Made by a program: the position numbers and the translations under genes. The notes beneath the pieces are model-generated. The model did no database searches. It had not been told where the DNA came from and saw only the letters and a program-made list of their open reading frames with translations. DNA of 64,000 nucleotides from NCBI GenBank assembly GCA_965240325.2, contig OZ251253.1, positions 496,001-560,000 of the forward strand, given 5' to 3'. Positions 27,801 to 40,600 of this stretch are shown piece after piece. How positions within the stretch are numbered: the first letter of the stretch is position 1; every line of letters starts with the position of its first letter. Source of the DNA: Rebecca billardiae RCC1528. Taxonomy: Eukaryota > Protista > Haptophyta.

Positions 27801-30800
27801 CCCTCCGCGCGCAGCAGCTCGAGCAGCTCCTGCGCGCTGAAGAGCACCGCAGAGGTCGCCTTGTGCAGCCCCGAGCGCTCGGCGCGCGGCACGAGCGCCT
27901 CCAGCCCCGCGAGGTCGCGCAGCCCGATCGCCAGGCGGAGCTCGTCCTCGATCGCCGCGCGCGCCTTGAGGTGCGCCCAAGGGAACTCGGTGAAATGCGG
28001 GTAAGGGTCGATGCCGAGCGACGACGCCTTGGCGGAGAGGCGCGCGCGCTTGAGCGCGAGCTGGCGGTCGAGGTCGCGCGTGCGCGCGGCGAGCCGTCGG
28101 TCGAGCATCTGCACCTTCTGCCGCTGCGGCTCGGACGCCTGCGCCGCCGTCGCCGCGTCGGTCATCGCCACCACCCAGCCCAGGAGCGCGCGCTCCGCCG
28201 CCGTCAGGATCACCGGGACGCCGCCGCCGTCGTCGGCCAGCTTGAGCGCGCGCGCGGAGAAGAGCCAGCCGTAGGTCTCGTCAGAGCCGCCGCCGGCCGC
28301 GCCCTCGTCCTCCTCCTCCGCGCGCCGCTCCGGCCGGATGCGCGCGGGCGGCACGCGCGGCTCAAAGTCGCCGTCGTCAAACTGCACGTCGTATAGCGTG
28401 GGCACGCCGGCCACCGGGGAGTCCACCACGCTGGCGATCTCGCCGGGGTACCACGTGCCCCAGCCCTGCCAGTTCGCCTCGACGCGCTCGCCGAGCCCGA
28501 ACGCGCCGCCCGTGCCGTCGTCGTCGTCCTCCTCCTCCTCCTCCTCGCCCTCCACTTCGCTGTCCTCGGCGCCGCGCCGCTCCCGCCGCACGCGCGCGGG
28601 CGGCACGGCGGCCTCAAAGTCGCCGTCGTCGAACTTCACGTCGTACAGCGGCGGCCCGCCCTCCGCGTCGGGCTCGGTCACCTTGGCGATCTCGCCGGGG
28701 TACCACGTGCCGCCGCCCTGCCAGTTCGCCTCGACGCGCGCGCCGACGGCGAGCGCGCCGCCGCCGCCCTCGCCCTCCGCGTCCAAGTCTGCGGCCGCGG
28801 CGGCGGCGGCGGCGGGCGCGCCCGCAGCGGCGGCGGCAGCGACCGCGGCCGCGGCGCGCGCCTCGGCCGCCTCGCTCGCGGCGGCGCGCGCCGCCTTGGC
28901 CTTCTCCCGCCGCTCCTTGGCCGCGTCCTTGAGCTCGCGCCGCTTGCGCTCGCGCTCGATCAGCGCGCCGCGCAGCGCGTCGCCGACGCTCGCCGCGGCA
29001 GGCAGCAGCTCGGGCGAGCGCAGCTGCGCGGTCACCTTGCGAAGCTGTCGCGGCTGCAGCGCCGCAGGGTCGAGCGCCGCGAGCGCGGTGGGCTCGGCGA
29101 GCGTGTCGAGCGCGCGCCGCGCCGCGGCCAGGTGCGCAAGCAACTTGAGAGCCTCCTCCTCGTCGTTGAGGCAGCGCTGCAGCGCGACAAGCATCGCTGC
29201 GCGCGGCACGGCGGTCTGGCCCCGCGCGCGCAGCCCCTTGCGAAGCGCGCGCAGTGCGAGGGGGTCGACGTCGGCGGGGAGGCCGTGCGCCTCGGCGGCG
29301 ATGGCGGCCTGTAGGTCCTCGTCCAGCTCGCGCTGCGCGGACGCCGCCTCCGCCTTCACCGCCTCGAGCTGCTTCTGCTTGCGCACGAGCTCGCCTGCGC
29401 GCACGGCGCGCGCGGTGGCGTGTGCGCGCGCGCGGTCTTCGGAGTGAGCGCGCGCGGTACGCACGCGCGGGGGCGGCGCGCCAAGACAGCAGGGCCCATC
29501 CGCGCCCAATCCTGACCCCCGCGTGCACGCACGCGCACATGCGCACGCGCACACGCGCGCGCACGCGCACGCGTACGCGCACGCGCACGCGCACGCGCAC
29601 GCGCACGCGCACGCGCACGCGCACGCACACGCGCGCGCGCGCGCGCGCACGCACGGCCGCACGCGCACCGTATGCCTCGAGGTACTCGCCGAGCGCCTTG
29701 GCCCACTGCGCCAGGTAGCGCACGCACGTGTACTGCTGGTACGCCGAGTTGGGCGTGCGCTGCGCCGTCACCATCGCGTGCTCGATGCCGTTCCCCAGCT
29801 GCACGAGCCGCGCCCACTCCTCAGGCCGGAGCCGCCCCGCCTCCGCGTCGTCCGCGAGCTCAGTGACGCGGGCGCAGAACGCGCCGAAGCCCTGCGCCGG
29901 CAGCTTCTCGTTCTGGAAGCCGAGCGCGCGCTTGACGCGCACGGTGAGCGGCTCCTTGGCCGCGCGCTCCTCCTTCTCCTTGGCAGACTCCTTCCCCGCC
30001 GCCGGGTCGGCCGCGTCGAGCGCCTTGAGCGTGAACGTGAACGCGTCTCGACACAGCTCGTCGCCTTCGAGCAGCGCGGGCGTGCGACACAGCAGCTCGA
30101 ATGCGCCCTGCTCGTACGAGTTGATGTACCCCGCGGTGGAGCGCACCTGCTCGAGCAGCGGCGCGACGATGCCCTTGGACGCGCGGATGTCCTTCTCGAG
30201 GATGGCGCCAAACTGCTTCATCCGCAGCAGCCGCGACTGCACCGCCTCGACCGAGGCGCCGGCGTCCTTGGCGCGCGCCGCGCCGCCGCCCTCGTCCTCG
30301 TCCTCGCCGTCGGGCTCGGGATCGTTGCCGTCGTCGCCCGAGGCCGCGGCCGCGTTGGCCGTCGCGGCGATCGCGACGACGGCGGGCAGGTCGTCGACGC
30401 CGTCGAGCCCGAGGAAGTCGCACGCGCACGAGCACACCGCGGCGAGCGTGGCCGAGGCGGACGTCTTGGCGGACGCGGCGCGCGCCTCATCCGCCGCCTC
30501 CGCATACGCGTGCAGTGCGAGCACCCAGCCGTGCAGCGCGCCCGCGGCCTGCCCGCCCTCGCGCGCGAGCGCCGCCTCGGCGGCGGCGGCGGCGGAGGCG
30601 TACCGCTGGAGCGCGCGCGCGGCGGACGGCGGGATCGCATCTCGCTCGAAGCGCGCGACGCGCGGCCCGAGCGCGGCGGGCTGCAGCGCCTTGGTGGCGA
30701 ACGTGGCCCAGTCCGGCTTGAGCGAGAAGAGCGAGGCGCACGTCTCGCCGAGCGCGCGCAGCTTCTCGCTCGGCCCCTTGGCGGCGGCGAGCGCGTCGAG

Positions 30801-33800
30801 CGCCTCGGGGCGCAGCCCGCGCACCGCCTCGACCGCGCCGCCGTACGCGGCCGCCGCCGCGTCGAGCGCCGCCTGCGTCTCGGGCGGCAAGACGGGGAGC
30901 GCGCCGAACGCGCCGATCTCGCGCGCGCCCGCCTCGCCCAGCGCCTCGAGCCCGCTGTTCGCGTCGGCGACGAGGTGGAGCACGGGCTTGGCACGCGCCT
31001 CCTCGCGCGCGAGCGCGCGCGCCTCCTTCGCCCGGACCTCCGAGTCGTGCGCCGAGTCCTTGAGCCGCGTCTCGTGGTGCTTGTCGGCCGCCTCCCACGC
31101 GGCGGCGAGCTGGATGAGGCGCGCGCCGTCGCGCGTGATCGTGCGCCCGTCCACGTCCAGCAGCACCACCGCCGGCGCCTCGGGCCGCGGCGGCACGTTG
31201 AACGTCTCGCGCAGCAGCTTGCGCCGCGCCGAGTGCGAGTACGGAATCGCCAGCCACGGCATCTCGGAGATCTCGTCGACGAACTGGTCGGCGGTGGACG
31301 CGGCGGAGACAAAGACGATTGCCAGCGCGTCCTCAAAGTGCGCGTGGCACGAGCGCAGCGCGTGCGTCAGCCCGATGCCCACCTGCGTGGCGAACGCGCC
31401 GCCGCCGCCCTCGTCGACCGCGCCGAAGAAGAGCGCGACCGTCTTGTCCTCGAGCACGCCGCGCCCGGTCGTGCCGAGCTTGGGCGAGATGAAGGCGTGG
31501 CCGAGCGAGTCGAGCACGTACGCGGACGCGTCGTCGTCGCGCACCTTGAAGTGCGTGTAACCGCCCATCAGCGCGCCAAACGCGTTCTTGCGCCACACGT
31601 TGGCGAGGTTCTGCGCCATCAGCTGGTCGTACTGCGTCGCCTCAGTGCGCATCGAGTTCACCACCAGCCACGCCGCCACGTCGTCGAGGCGGAGCGGCGC
31701 CGGCTCGCCGCCGAGCGCGGCGGAGGCGAGCGGGCCCGCGGCGGCCTCGGCGGGCGTGAGCGGTCGGCGCTGCACGCCCGCCTTGCGCAGCTGCCGGCAC
31801 ATCAGCCCCTGCACCTCGGGGATGAGCAGCAGCGACACCGTCTGCCCGCGGCCGATGCCGCGCATGCGGAACGCGCCCTGCGCGTAGTCGCGCCACACCA
31901 TATCCTTGCCCAGCGTGACGACCGCGCGCGCGTCCGCGTGCTGCGGGATGTCCATGCCCGTCGTGTGCACCTGCGCGCGCGCGGGGGCGGGCGGGCGGGC
32001 GCGCGCGCGCGCGGAGGAGCGGGGCGGTGAGGCATCGGCCGAGCGCGCGGGGCGGGCGCTCCGCTCGGCGCGCGCCGCGCCCGCCACCCCACCCACCTGG
32101 TCGAAGAATGTGAAGCGCTTCTGCGGCGAGATGCCGGACTGCGAGAGCTTGAGCACTCGGCCGGTGGAGCGTACGAGGATCATCTTCTGGTCGGCCTCGT
32201 CGAGAAAGACAACGCCCTCGCACCAGCGCGCGAACGCGGGCACGCGCAGCAGGAAGTGCGCGACCTGCGCGTTGTTCAGGCCGGTGATGAGCGCGCCCGT
32301 GTCGATCAGCGCGTGCACGCGGTGCGCGGACGTCGCGACGGCGGTGAGCAGCGACTCGACGGTCCAGCCGTGCGCCATCGCGGACCACGAGACGACGGCC
32401 GGGTCTGTGAGCACGGCGAGCATCTTGCCGTCCGAGCCCTCCTCGTACCCGCACCGGCCGAGCGCGAGCGGCAGCAGGTCGGACGGCGTGCCGGAGAAGC
32501 CGATGCGCCGTCCGAAGAGCATCTCCCCGCCTACCTCCTGCCCCGACGCGGAGATCTTGGTCACCTGGTGCTGCATGAAGGCGGGGAAGACAACCTCCTC
32601 GAGGTACCAGTGCACCGCGAGCGGCTGCGTGCGCAGCAGCCGGAACAGCTTGGACATCTGCTCGTCGTTCGACTGCTTGAGCAGCCAGAGCGGCACGACG
32701 ACACGCGCGTCGTCCATCGCGCTGCCCTGCGGCGGCGGCGGCCGCCGCCCGTCCGCGCCGTCGGCGGCGGCGGCGGCGGCGGCGGGGCGCGTCGAGCCCT
32801 TGACCATCCCGCCCGCCTGCTCAACCCAGTCCTCGAACATGATCGCCGACTTGCGCGTGGGGAACGGCCCCACCTCCTTCTCAAAGTTGGTGCGCACCAG
32901 GTTGATCACGTCGTCCTCGAAGTCGACGCGCCGCAGCCCCTCGTACCGGTACGCGAGCACGGTCAGCCCGATGATCACGTCGGGGTGCGCGAACTCGGAG
33001 GCGCGCGCGGGCACGTCCTTGCCCACGAACGGGATGGCGAGCTTGAAGCGCGAGCGCGGCATCATCGGCTCGGTCTTCTTGAGCCGGGCGTACTCCTCCT
33101 CCGTGAGCAGGCCGAACGTGACGCGCGAGATCTTCTGCAGGCAGTGCGGCAGCAGCGTGCCGAGCCACTCGGCGACGAGGTTGAGCATCTTGAACGCCTT
33201 GGGCGCGAGCACGCGCGCCGCGAGCGCGTGCAGCCGCCGCGTCGCGAGCTCGAGCTCGGCCGCCGACGGCGCGACGGGGCGCACCTGCCCGCCGCCGCCG
33301 CCGCCGCCGCCGGTGGCGGCGGCGCGCGCGCCGCTCGTCGTGAGCGGCGGGTCCGGCACGGCCTCGAGCGTCGCCTCGTCCCAGCGCGCGGAGCCGACGA
33401 GCGCAGAGGCGTCGCGCAGCACGTACGCCGACATCTGCTCCGCGTCCAGCCCCGAGATGTGCTGCGCCTCGAGCCACAGCTGCGCCCAGCGCGCCATCAC
33501 CGGCCGCATGCGCGCCGCGTACCACTCGTCGTTGAGCAGCACGAGGTGCGGCGACGCCTGCAGCGAGTGCGCGGCGTACCCCTCGTCGATCACGTCGCGC
33601 AGCTCGGCGAGGATGGCGTGCGCGCGCGTGGACTGCTGGAAGGGCACGCTCATCCGCCCGCCCGACTGCACGGCAAACACCGCGTCGAGCAGGTGGATCG
33701 CGAGCGTCCACCGCTCGGGCGAGAAGTCGAGCGGCAGCTTCGCGCCGATCGGGAAGTTGAGCTCCGAGCGCAGCGGGTGGAGCAGCAGGTCGACCTCGTC

Positions 33801-36800
33801 CATCACGAGCACGCCGCGGTCGACGAAGAGCTCGAGCACGCGCGCGAGCGCGCGCACGTCGCGCTCCATCGACGGGTGGTGCTTGCGCCGCGCGTCGCGC
33901 AGCACGTCGAGCTTCTCGAGCAGGCGCAGCTGCACGCTCTTGACGGACGTCGACGTGCACAGCACGACGCCGCGGTGCGCCACCGCCGAGCGCAGCTTGT
34001 CCACCAGCTCCCACGACGCCTCGGCCGAGCGGTCGAAGGAGAGGGTGAAGACGCGCTTGCGGATGATCGACGAGAAGGCCGAGCGCAGCGTCGCGCGCGT
34101 CTGCTCGAGCAGCGCCTGCGGCATCATCTGCACGACGAGCGAGTGGCCGTCGCCGAGCATGAGCGACAGGATCGGCGAGATCACCGTCGTCTTGCCCCCG
34201 CCCATCAGCATCTGCTTGACGAGCGGCTCGCCGCGGCGCACGCGCGCGGCGAACTCGGCGATCAGCTCGACCTGCGCCTTGCGCAGCAGCAGGTTGTGAA
34301 TGAACTCGAAGAGCAGCAGCCGCGGGTCGAAGACGAGCCCGCCCGCGGCGGCGGCGGCGGCGGCGGCGGCGCTCGGCGCGCCGTTCGCGCCGTGCGCGGG
34401 CGCGGCCGCCGCGGCCGCGGAGGAGGAGGGCGGCAGCGGCGGCGCGCGCTCGACGTAGTGCCGCCCGGTGCGCAACAGGTCCGCCAGCGCCTCGGCGCGC
34501 AGAGAGATGCTCGACGCGAGCTCGGCGGGCACCGCCGCCGCGGCCGCGGACGAGTCGGCGCGCGGCGGCGCGCGCGCCGCGGCGCGCGCGCCCTCGGCCG
34601 CCGCGCCAAGCGTGCGCGCGAGCCCGTCTGCCTCGGCGATGCAGCGGTTGGTCTGGCCGATGCGCGTGGCGTGGCACACCGTCGCCACGACGAGGTCGAA
34701 GAGCGCCGACGCACGCTCCGCGCTCACGAACGGGTTGAGCCGCATCAGGTCGTCCTCGCCGCGCGTGGAGATGAGCAGGCAGAAGAGGAAGTCGAGCGAG
34801 GCGTGCGCCTCCGCGCCCGCGCTCTGCCGCAGCGCAAACGCGATGCGCCGTCCGAGCTCGGCCATCTGCGCGGCCTCGGCGCCGCCGTCCGCGCCGCCGC
34901 CGCCGCCGCCGGCGCCGCCCGCCGGCGCCGCGCCCGCCGCCGCGGCCGCGCTCAGGTCGATCTTGTTCGCCACCTCCTCGATGCGAGGCAGCGCGCGCGA
35001 GACGTACGCGGCGTCCTTGGCGCGCCGCTCGCGCAGCTGCGCGAGCAGCGCGGACACGGCTGAGCCGGACTCCTCGAGCGCGGCGGCGGCGTGCGCGGGC
35101 TCGGACGGCCACGCGCGCGGCACGAGGGTGAGGCGGTGCGGCGCCGCGTCGTTCTGCTGCCGCGCGTACTGAGCCATGTCCGCCGACATGCGCTCGTGCA
35201 TGTCGCGCGCCACCTGCGGCACAGCGGCGCGGCGCGGCGCGCGAGCGGCGGGCGCGGCGCGGCGGCGGAAGCGCTCGGCCGGCGGGCGCGCGCGCGCGCG
35301 CGCGGGAAGGAGGGGGCGGCGGCGGCGCGGCGGCGCGGCGGCGCGGCGCGCGCGCTCGGCCGGCGCGCGGCGGTCGGCCCACCTTGGAGCCTGCGTGCGG
35401 GTGGCGCATCACGTCGAACGAGAGCTCGGCCGAGACGGCGCCGAGGCCGAGCTGCGCGCGCGGCACGCGCCGCACGTACGCGTCGAGGCCGAGCACGGCG
35501 AGCGGCTCGGAGGCGAAGGCGGCGCACTCGTCGGCGCTGGTGGAGAGGGCGACGTCCCCGAGCAACGCTCCGTCGACCGGCCGCAGTGGCCGCCGCGTGC
35601 AGCCGTAGTCCGTGACGAACGGGATGATCCACCGCCGGTTCGCCTGGCCGCTCAGGTCGAAGGGGCGCGCGGCGGGCACGTGCGCGTGCGCGATGCCGCC
35701 GCCCACGCCGTGCACGCCCTCGGCCGAGGGCGGCGCGAGGCCGGCCCACCAGTCCTGCACGGCGGCGAGCTCCTCAGCGCACTGCTTGTCCACCGCCGCG
35801 GTCAGCTCCTCCACGCCGCCGCCGCCCGCGCCGCCGCCGAAGCCGTCAAAGCCCGTGCGCGAGGAGAAGCCGCCGCCGCCGCCAAACCCGCCCCACGCGC
35901 CGCCGCGGCTCCCAAACATGCGCTCGCGCGTGAGCGCGTCCGAGCGGCGCTGCAGCATGCGCCGGCGCACCGCGGTGCGCAGCCCGGAGCCTTTGGGCTG
36001 CGAGAGCGCGCTCAGCTCGTGCAGCACGCCGCGCAGCAGCCCGCCGAGCGGCGCCTCCGCCCAGTCGCCGCCGGGCGCCACGCCGACGAAGATCTCGCGC
36101 CGGTTGTGCTTGCGTGTGTCTTCGAACGGCGGCAGGAACGGCCCGAGCAGCGGCTTGCGCGCGAGCGTGTGCAGCACCGAGTTGAGCAGCGACGGCTCAG
36201 ACGCGTCCGGGAAGAGCGGCAGCAGCATCGTGCCGAGCGACGCGGAGCAGTTGTCGTCGACCAGCCGCGCCTCGGTGCCGCCGCTCAGCAGCGAGTAGAG
36301 CAGCAGGAAGCCGCCGCCCTCGACCGTGTACGCCGGCGTGGGGCGCACCGTGTTGAGCGCGCCCACCAGGTTGACGAGCTGCTCCATCATGAGCGAGCGC
36401 TGGTGCGTGTACCTCATCTGCAGCTCCTCGAGGTACTTGAGCAGCTTGGTCGCGTCGAACTGGCGGAGCGTGTCGTCCCAGTGGCTGATCCACCGGTTGG
36501 GCGGCGGGCGCGCGGGCACGTCCACCGCGCACGCGCCGAGCCCGGCCGCCTCCGCGCGCAGCTGCGCGCGCCGGTTCTTGCACAGCAGCACGAGGTGCAC
36601 GGGCAGACGCTGCTCCTCGCGCCGAGGGTCTGCCGCGTCGACCACGCACCGGTTGAGCAGCGCGAGCTCCTCCTCCGCCGAGAGCCGGCAGTCCGCGGAG
36701 ACGAGCCCCAGCTTGTCCACGTAGTGCGCCATCTCGAGCGTGAGCAGCCACGGCATCCGCACGGGCGCGTCCAGCATCACAAACGAGATCTTGAGCCGGC

Positions 36801-37622
36801 ACGCGTGCGCGTCGGGGTGGTGGTCGATGTCGTGCCGGTTCGAGTGCATGTGCTCGAGGATGGAGCGCTCCTCGCGCGAGAGCGCCGTGTCGGTCGAGAC
36901 GGTGTCGACGAGCGCGACCACCGACTTGTAGTCGCGCGCGAGGAAGCGCAGCAGCAGCAAATACAGCGCGGACGCGAGCGTGGACGCGGAGAGGAAAGAG
37001 AGAGAGACGTGCACCTTGTACACGTAGTAGGGGTTGTCGATCTCCTCGAGCCACTGCGCCGAGCGGTCGAGCACGAGCTCGGTGGAGAAGGGGTACGTGG
37101 CGAGCAGCGGGCGCACGGGGAGGAACGCGGGCACGAGCACCTGCAGCTCGCCGTTCGACGCGTGCTCGAGCAGCAGCGAGTGCGGGATGCCCTCGAGCAG
37201 CCGAAGCGTCGCGGGCGCGCGCCCGCCGTTCGACACGAAGATGTCGGCGTGGTCGAGCGAGAAGAGGCGCACGAGCCCGTCGGGCCCGCGCCGCGCCTCG
37301 AAGCTGAGCTTGAGCCGCGGCAGCTGCACGAGCGCGAGCGACGAGCCGTCCGCGCCCACGCCCGCCGCGACCGCCTCGTCGTCGTCGGACGCGGGCGCGC
37401 GCGCCCACGCGAGCACGTATGCGAGCTGCTCCACGCGCGCAAACACCGACGCGAGCGACGCGAGGTACGAGCCGAGGGGCGCGTTGAGCAAGTCGAGCAG
37501 GATCAGCTCCGCGTCGGCGTAGTCGGCCGAGCCGGACGGCTGCGGCGGCGCGGAGGCGCCCGCCGCGGCGGGCGCGCCCGCCGCCGAGCCGGGCGGCGGC
37601 GCGGCGGCGCGCGCCGCGACCG

Positions 37623-37654
<32 letters not shown>

Positions 37655-40600
37655 GCGGCCGCGTGCGCGGCCTCGATCGAGCCGATCTGCGCGAGCGCGT
37701 GCAGCGCGTCGAAGGCCTTGTCGAGCAGCAGCGGCAGCAGCACGGCGGCGACGCGCTGCCGCGGCGCGGCCGAGCCGCCGGCGCGCGCGCCGCCGCGCGC
37801 GGCGAGCGCCGAAGGCTCGACCGCGTCCACCGCGCGCGCCGCGAGCCGCGCGTCGCCGCCCGCCGCGCTCACGAGCTCGCCCACGCGGCGCGCGGTCTCA
37901 AAGTCGCACTCGAACGCGCCCTTGAGCAGCCGCTCGCGCGCGAGGAAGGACTCGATCCGGCCGACGACGTACGAGATTGTATCTCGGCGGCGGCGCAGCG
38001 CGCCGATCGGCCGGCGGCGCACCACCGCCACCGCGGGCGCCACGCCGGCGAGCCCCTCCGCCGCCGCCGCCGCGCTCGCCGACTGCGCCTTGTTGGACGC
38101 GACGACGCCGCGCGCGCCCGCGTGCGCGACGTGCGCGCCCAGCCGCAGCGAGATGGTGAGCACGTCGTTGCGCCGGTCGGCCTGCTGGCGCCGCCGCCGC
38201 TCGGCCGCGCGCTCCGCCGCCGCCTGCGCCTCCTCCGCGTCCTCGCCGCCCGCGCCCGCCGCGCTCGCGCGCCCGCCGCCCGCGCGCCCGCGCCCCGAGC
38301 TCTTGCCCGGCACGGTGCGCTCGGCGCGCGCGTACCCGCGGATCAGGTCCGCCTCGTCCTGCCAGAACCGGTGCGTGCCCAGCAGCGCCTCGGGGACGAC
38401 GCCGCGGAGCAGCCGTGCGGGCACGTGCGTCTCGACGCCGAGCGAGAGGTTCTCGTCGCACGTCCACTCGCGCGAGACCACGTTCGAGCGCTCCTCCTTG
38501 TGCGACGTCTGCGCGCGCGGGCGCGCAGCGGCGGCGGCGGCGCGGCGGCGCGCGGGCCGCGGGGCGCGGGTGTGAGGCGGGCGAAGGCGGAGGCGCGCGC
38601 GGACGGTGCGCCGGGTGGCGCGCCGGGCTGCCCGCGCCCGCTGGGGGGCGGCGCTGCGAGCCGCCAGCGCCAGCGCCCGCGGTGCGGCGTGGCGTCACGC
38701 GCGGATCGGCGCGCCCCGCTGTGCGCGCGGCGGCGGCGCGCGCGCACGGCGTAAGGGTGGCCTGCGCCGTGCCGCTCCCAGGGCGGCCACTTGTGATCGC
38801 GGTGCTCCATCGCGGGCTGCATCGCCGCGAGGCAGAAGCGCGCGTCCGTGCAGTACTCGAGCGAGCGGTAGTACCGCCGGCCGTACGACTCGATCCGGTA
38901 GATCTGCACCATGCGCCGCTCTCGGTACACGAAGATCTCGCGCCACACGCCCGCCACCCTGGGGCGGGCGAGGGGCGCGCGCGCGCGGCGGGAGGGGGCG
39001 GCGGCGGCACGCGGCAGCAGGGAGCAGGCGGCGGCAGGCGGCGGCGGCGGGCCGCAGCGATGCGCGGTGCACGGGCGAGTGCGGCGCGGCGGTCAGTCGG
39101 CCGTCGGGCTGGCCTCACGGCTCACGCGCGCGGCGCCCCGCGCGCCGCCATCGCGCGCCGCGGCCACGGCACGCGCAGACGCGCAGCGTGCGGCCGTGCC
39201 CGGTCGAGGCCCACGCGCGCGCGCGCGCGGGCGCGAGGCCACGGCGCACCGTGGCCGCTTGCCGACGATGTACGCGAGGCGCGCGTCCTCCGGCAGCGCC
39301 GCGTCGGGCAGGAAGAGCTCGAGCGGCTCGGGGAAGGTGAGGTACATGCGGCGCACGGGCTCGAGGATGGAGGGGAGCCACACCTGCGGGTAGGGTTAGG
39401 GCGAGGGTTAGGGCGTCGGCTGCGCTCCGCGCGGCCGCTCCACTTCGCCGGCCCGCCGCCGCGCAGACCTTCTCGGAAGGGAAGAGCTCGTTGGGGTAGT
39501 ACGGCCGCCAGTTGTCCGTGTCCGGCCACTTGGGGTCCGGGTCCCAGTGCGCCACGTCGTGCGAGCGGCCCACCTGCGCGGTGGCGGCAGCGCGACGGCA
39601 GGCGCGCGCGCGCGCACGGGGCGCGCACGCGTCGGCGCGTGCGCAGCGGCGCGGCGGCGCGGCAGCGCGCGCGCGCACGCCACGCGCCGCGCACACGCGC
39701 GCGCAGACGAGCGAGCGGGAGTGCCCGCGGGAGCAGACGAGGGCCCGCCGAGCGCGCGCGCAGCGCAGCCCGCCACCCCCGCCGCGGCGCCGCGCCCCGC
39801 CCCCGCGCCTCACCAGCCGGTACACCCGCCGATGTTCCGTCTGGGACAGCACACACGCTTGCATCGACACGTTGCCGAAGATGTCGAGCATGTCCACCGA
39901 CTTGGCGACCTCGGCGGGGAGCGCCTGCGGGTGCGAGGCGCGCAGCGTGAGCTGCATCACCTGCGCGTCCAGCTCCACCGCGAGGTCGTCGTCCAGCACC
40001 GTCGGAATGTCCGCCGCCGAGCCGGCGCGCGCCGCGCCGCGCTGCGAGCCGCCGCCGCCGCCATCACGCTCGGCGCGCGCGGCAGCGGTCGCGCGCGCGG
40101 CCGCGGCGCGCAGGCTCTCGAGGTCGGTGGGCTGGCGGTGCGCGGCGAGCGCGCCCGGCCCGCGCAGCTTGCGCTCCGCGCCGCCCGCCGGCTGCGCCGC
40201 GCCGTGCTGCTTCGACTTGCCGCCGCCGGGCGGCGCGCGCGCGCCGCGCTTGCCGGGCGAGGCCGAGGCGGCGGCGCGGCCGCCGTGCAACGAGTCTGCC
40301 GCCGCCGCGCCGTCCGCGCCGCCGGCTGTAGGCGCGGCGAGCGCGCCCACCGCGCCGCTCACCAGCGTGCGCGCGCCGCCGCCGCCGCCGCCGAGCACCG
40401 CGCCGCACACGGCGAACAGCCCGCCGCGCCGCCGGCTGCCGCCGGCGGCGCGCGGGTCCTCAGGCGCGCGCAGCGGCCCGGGCTGCACGGCGGGCGGCGG
40501 CGACGCGGGCGCGGCGGCGGGCGCGGGCGGCGCGGCGCCGCCGTCGGGCCCGCCCGCGCCGGGCCTCGCGCGCGGCGGCGAGCGCGACGCCGGCGGCTGC

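Noticed and set aside
28130-30900. A true dynein heavy chain
   Set aside because: There is no ring of AAA modules; only stalk/MTBD-like segments are seen.
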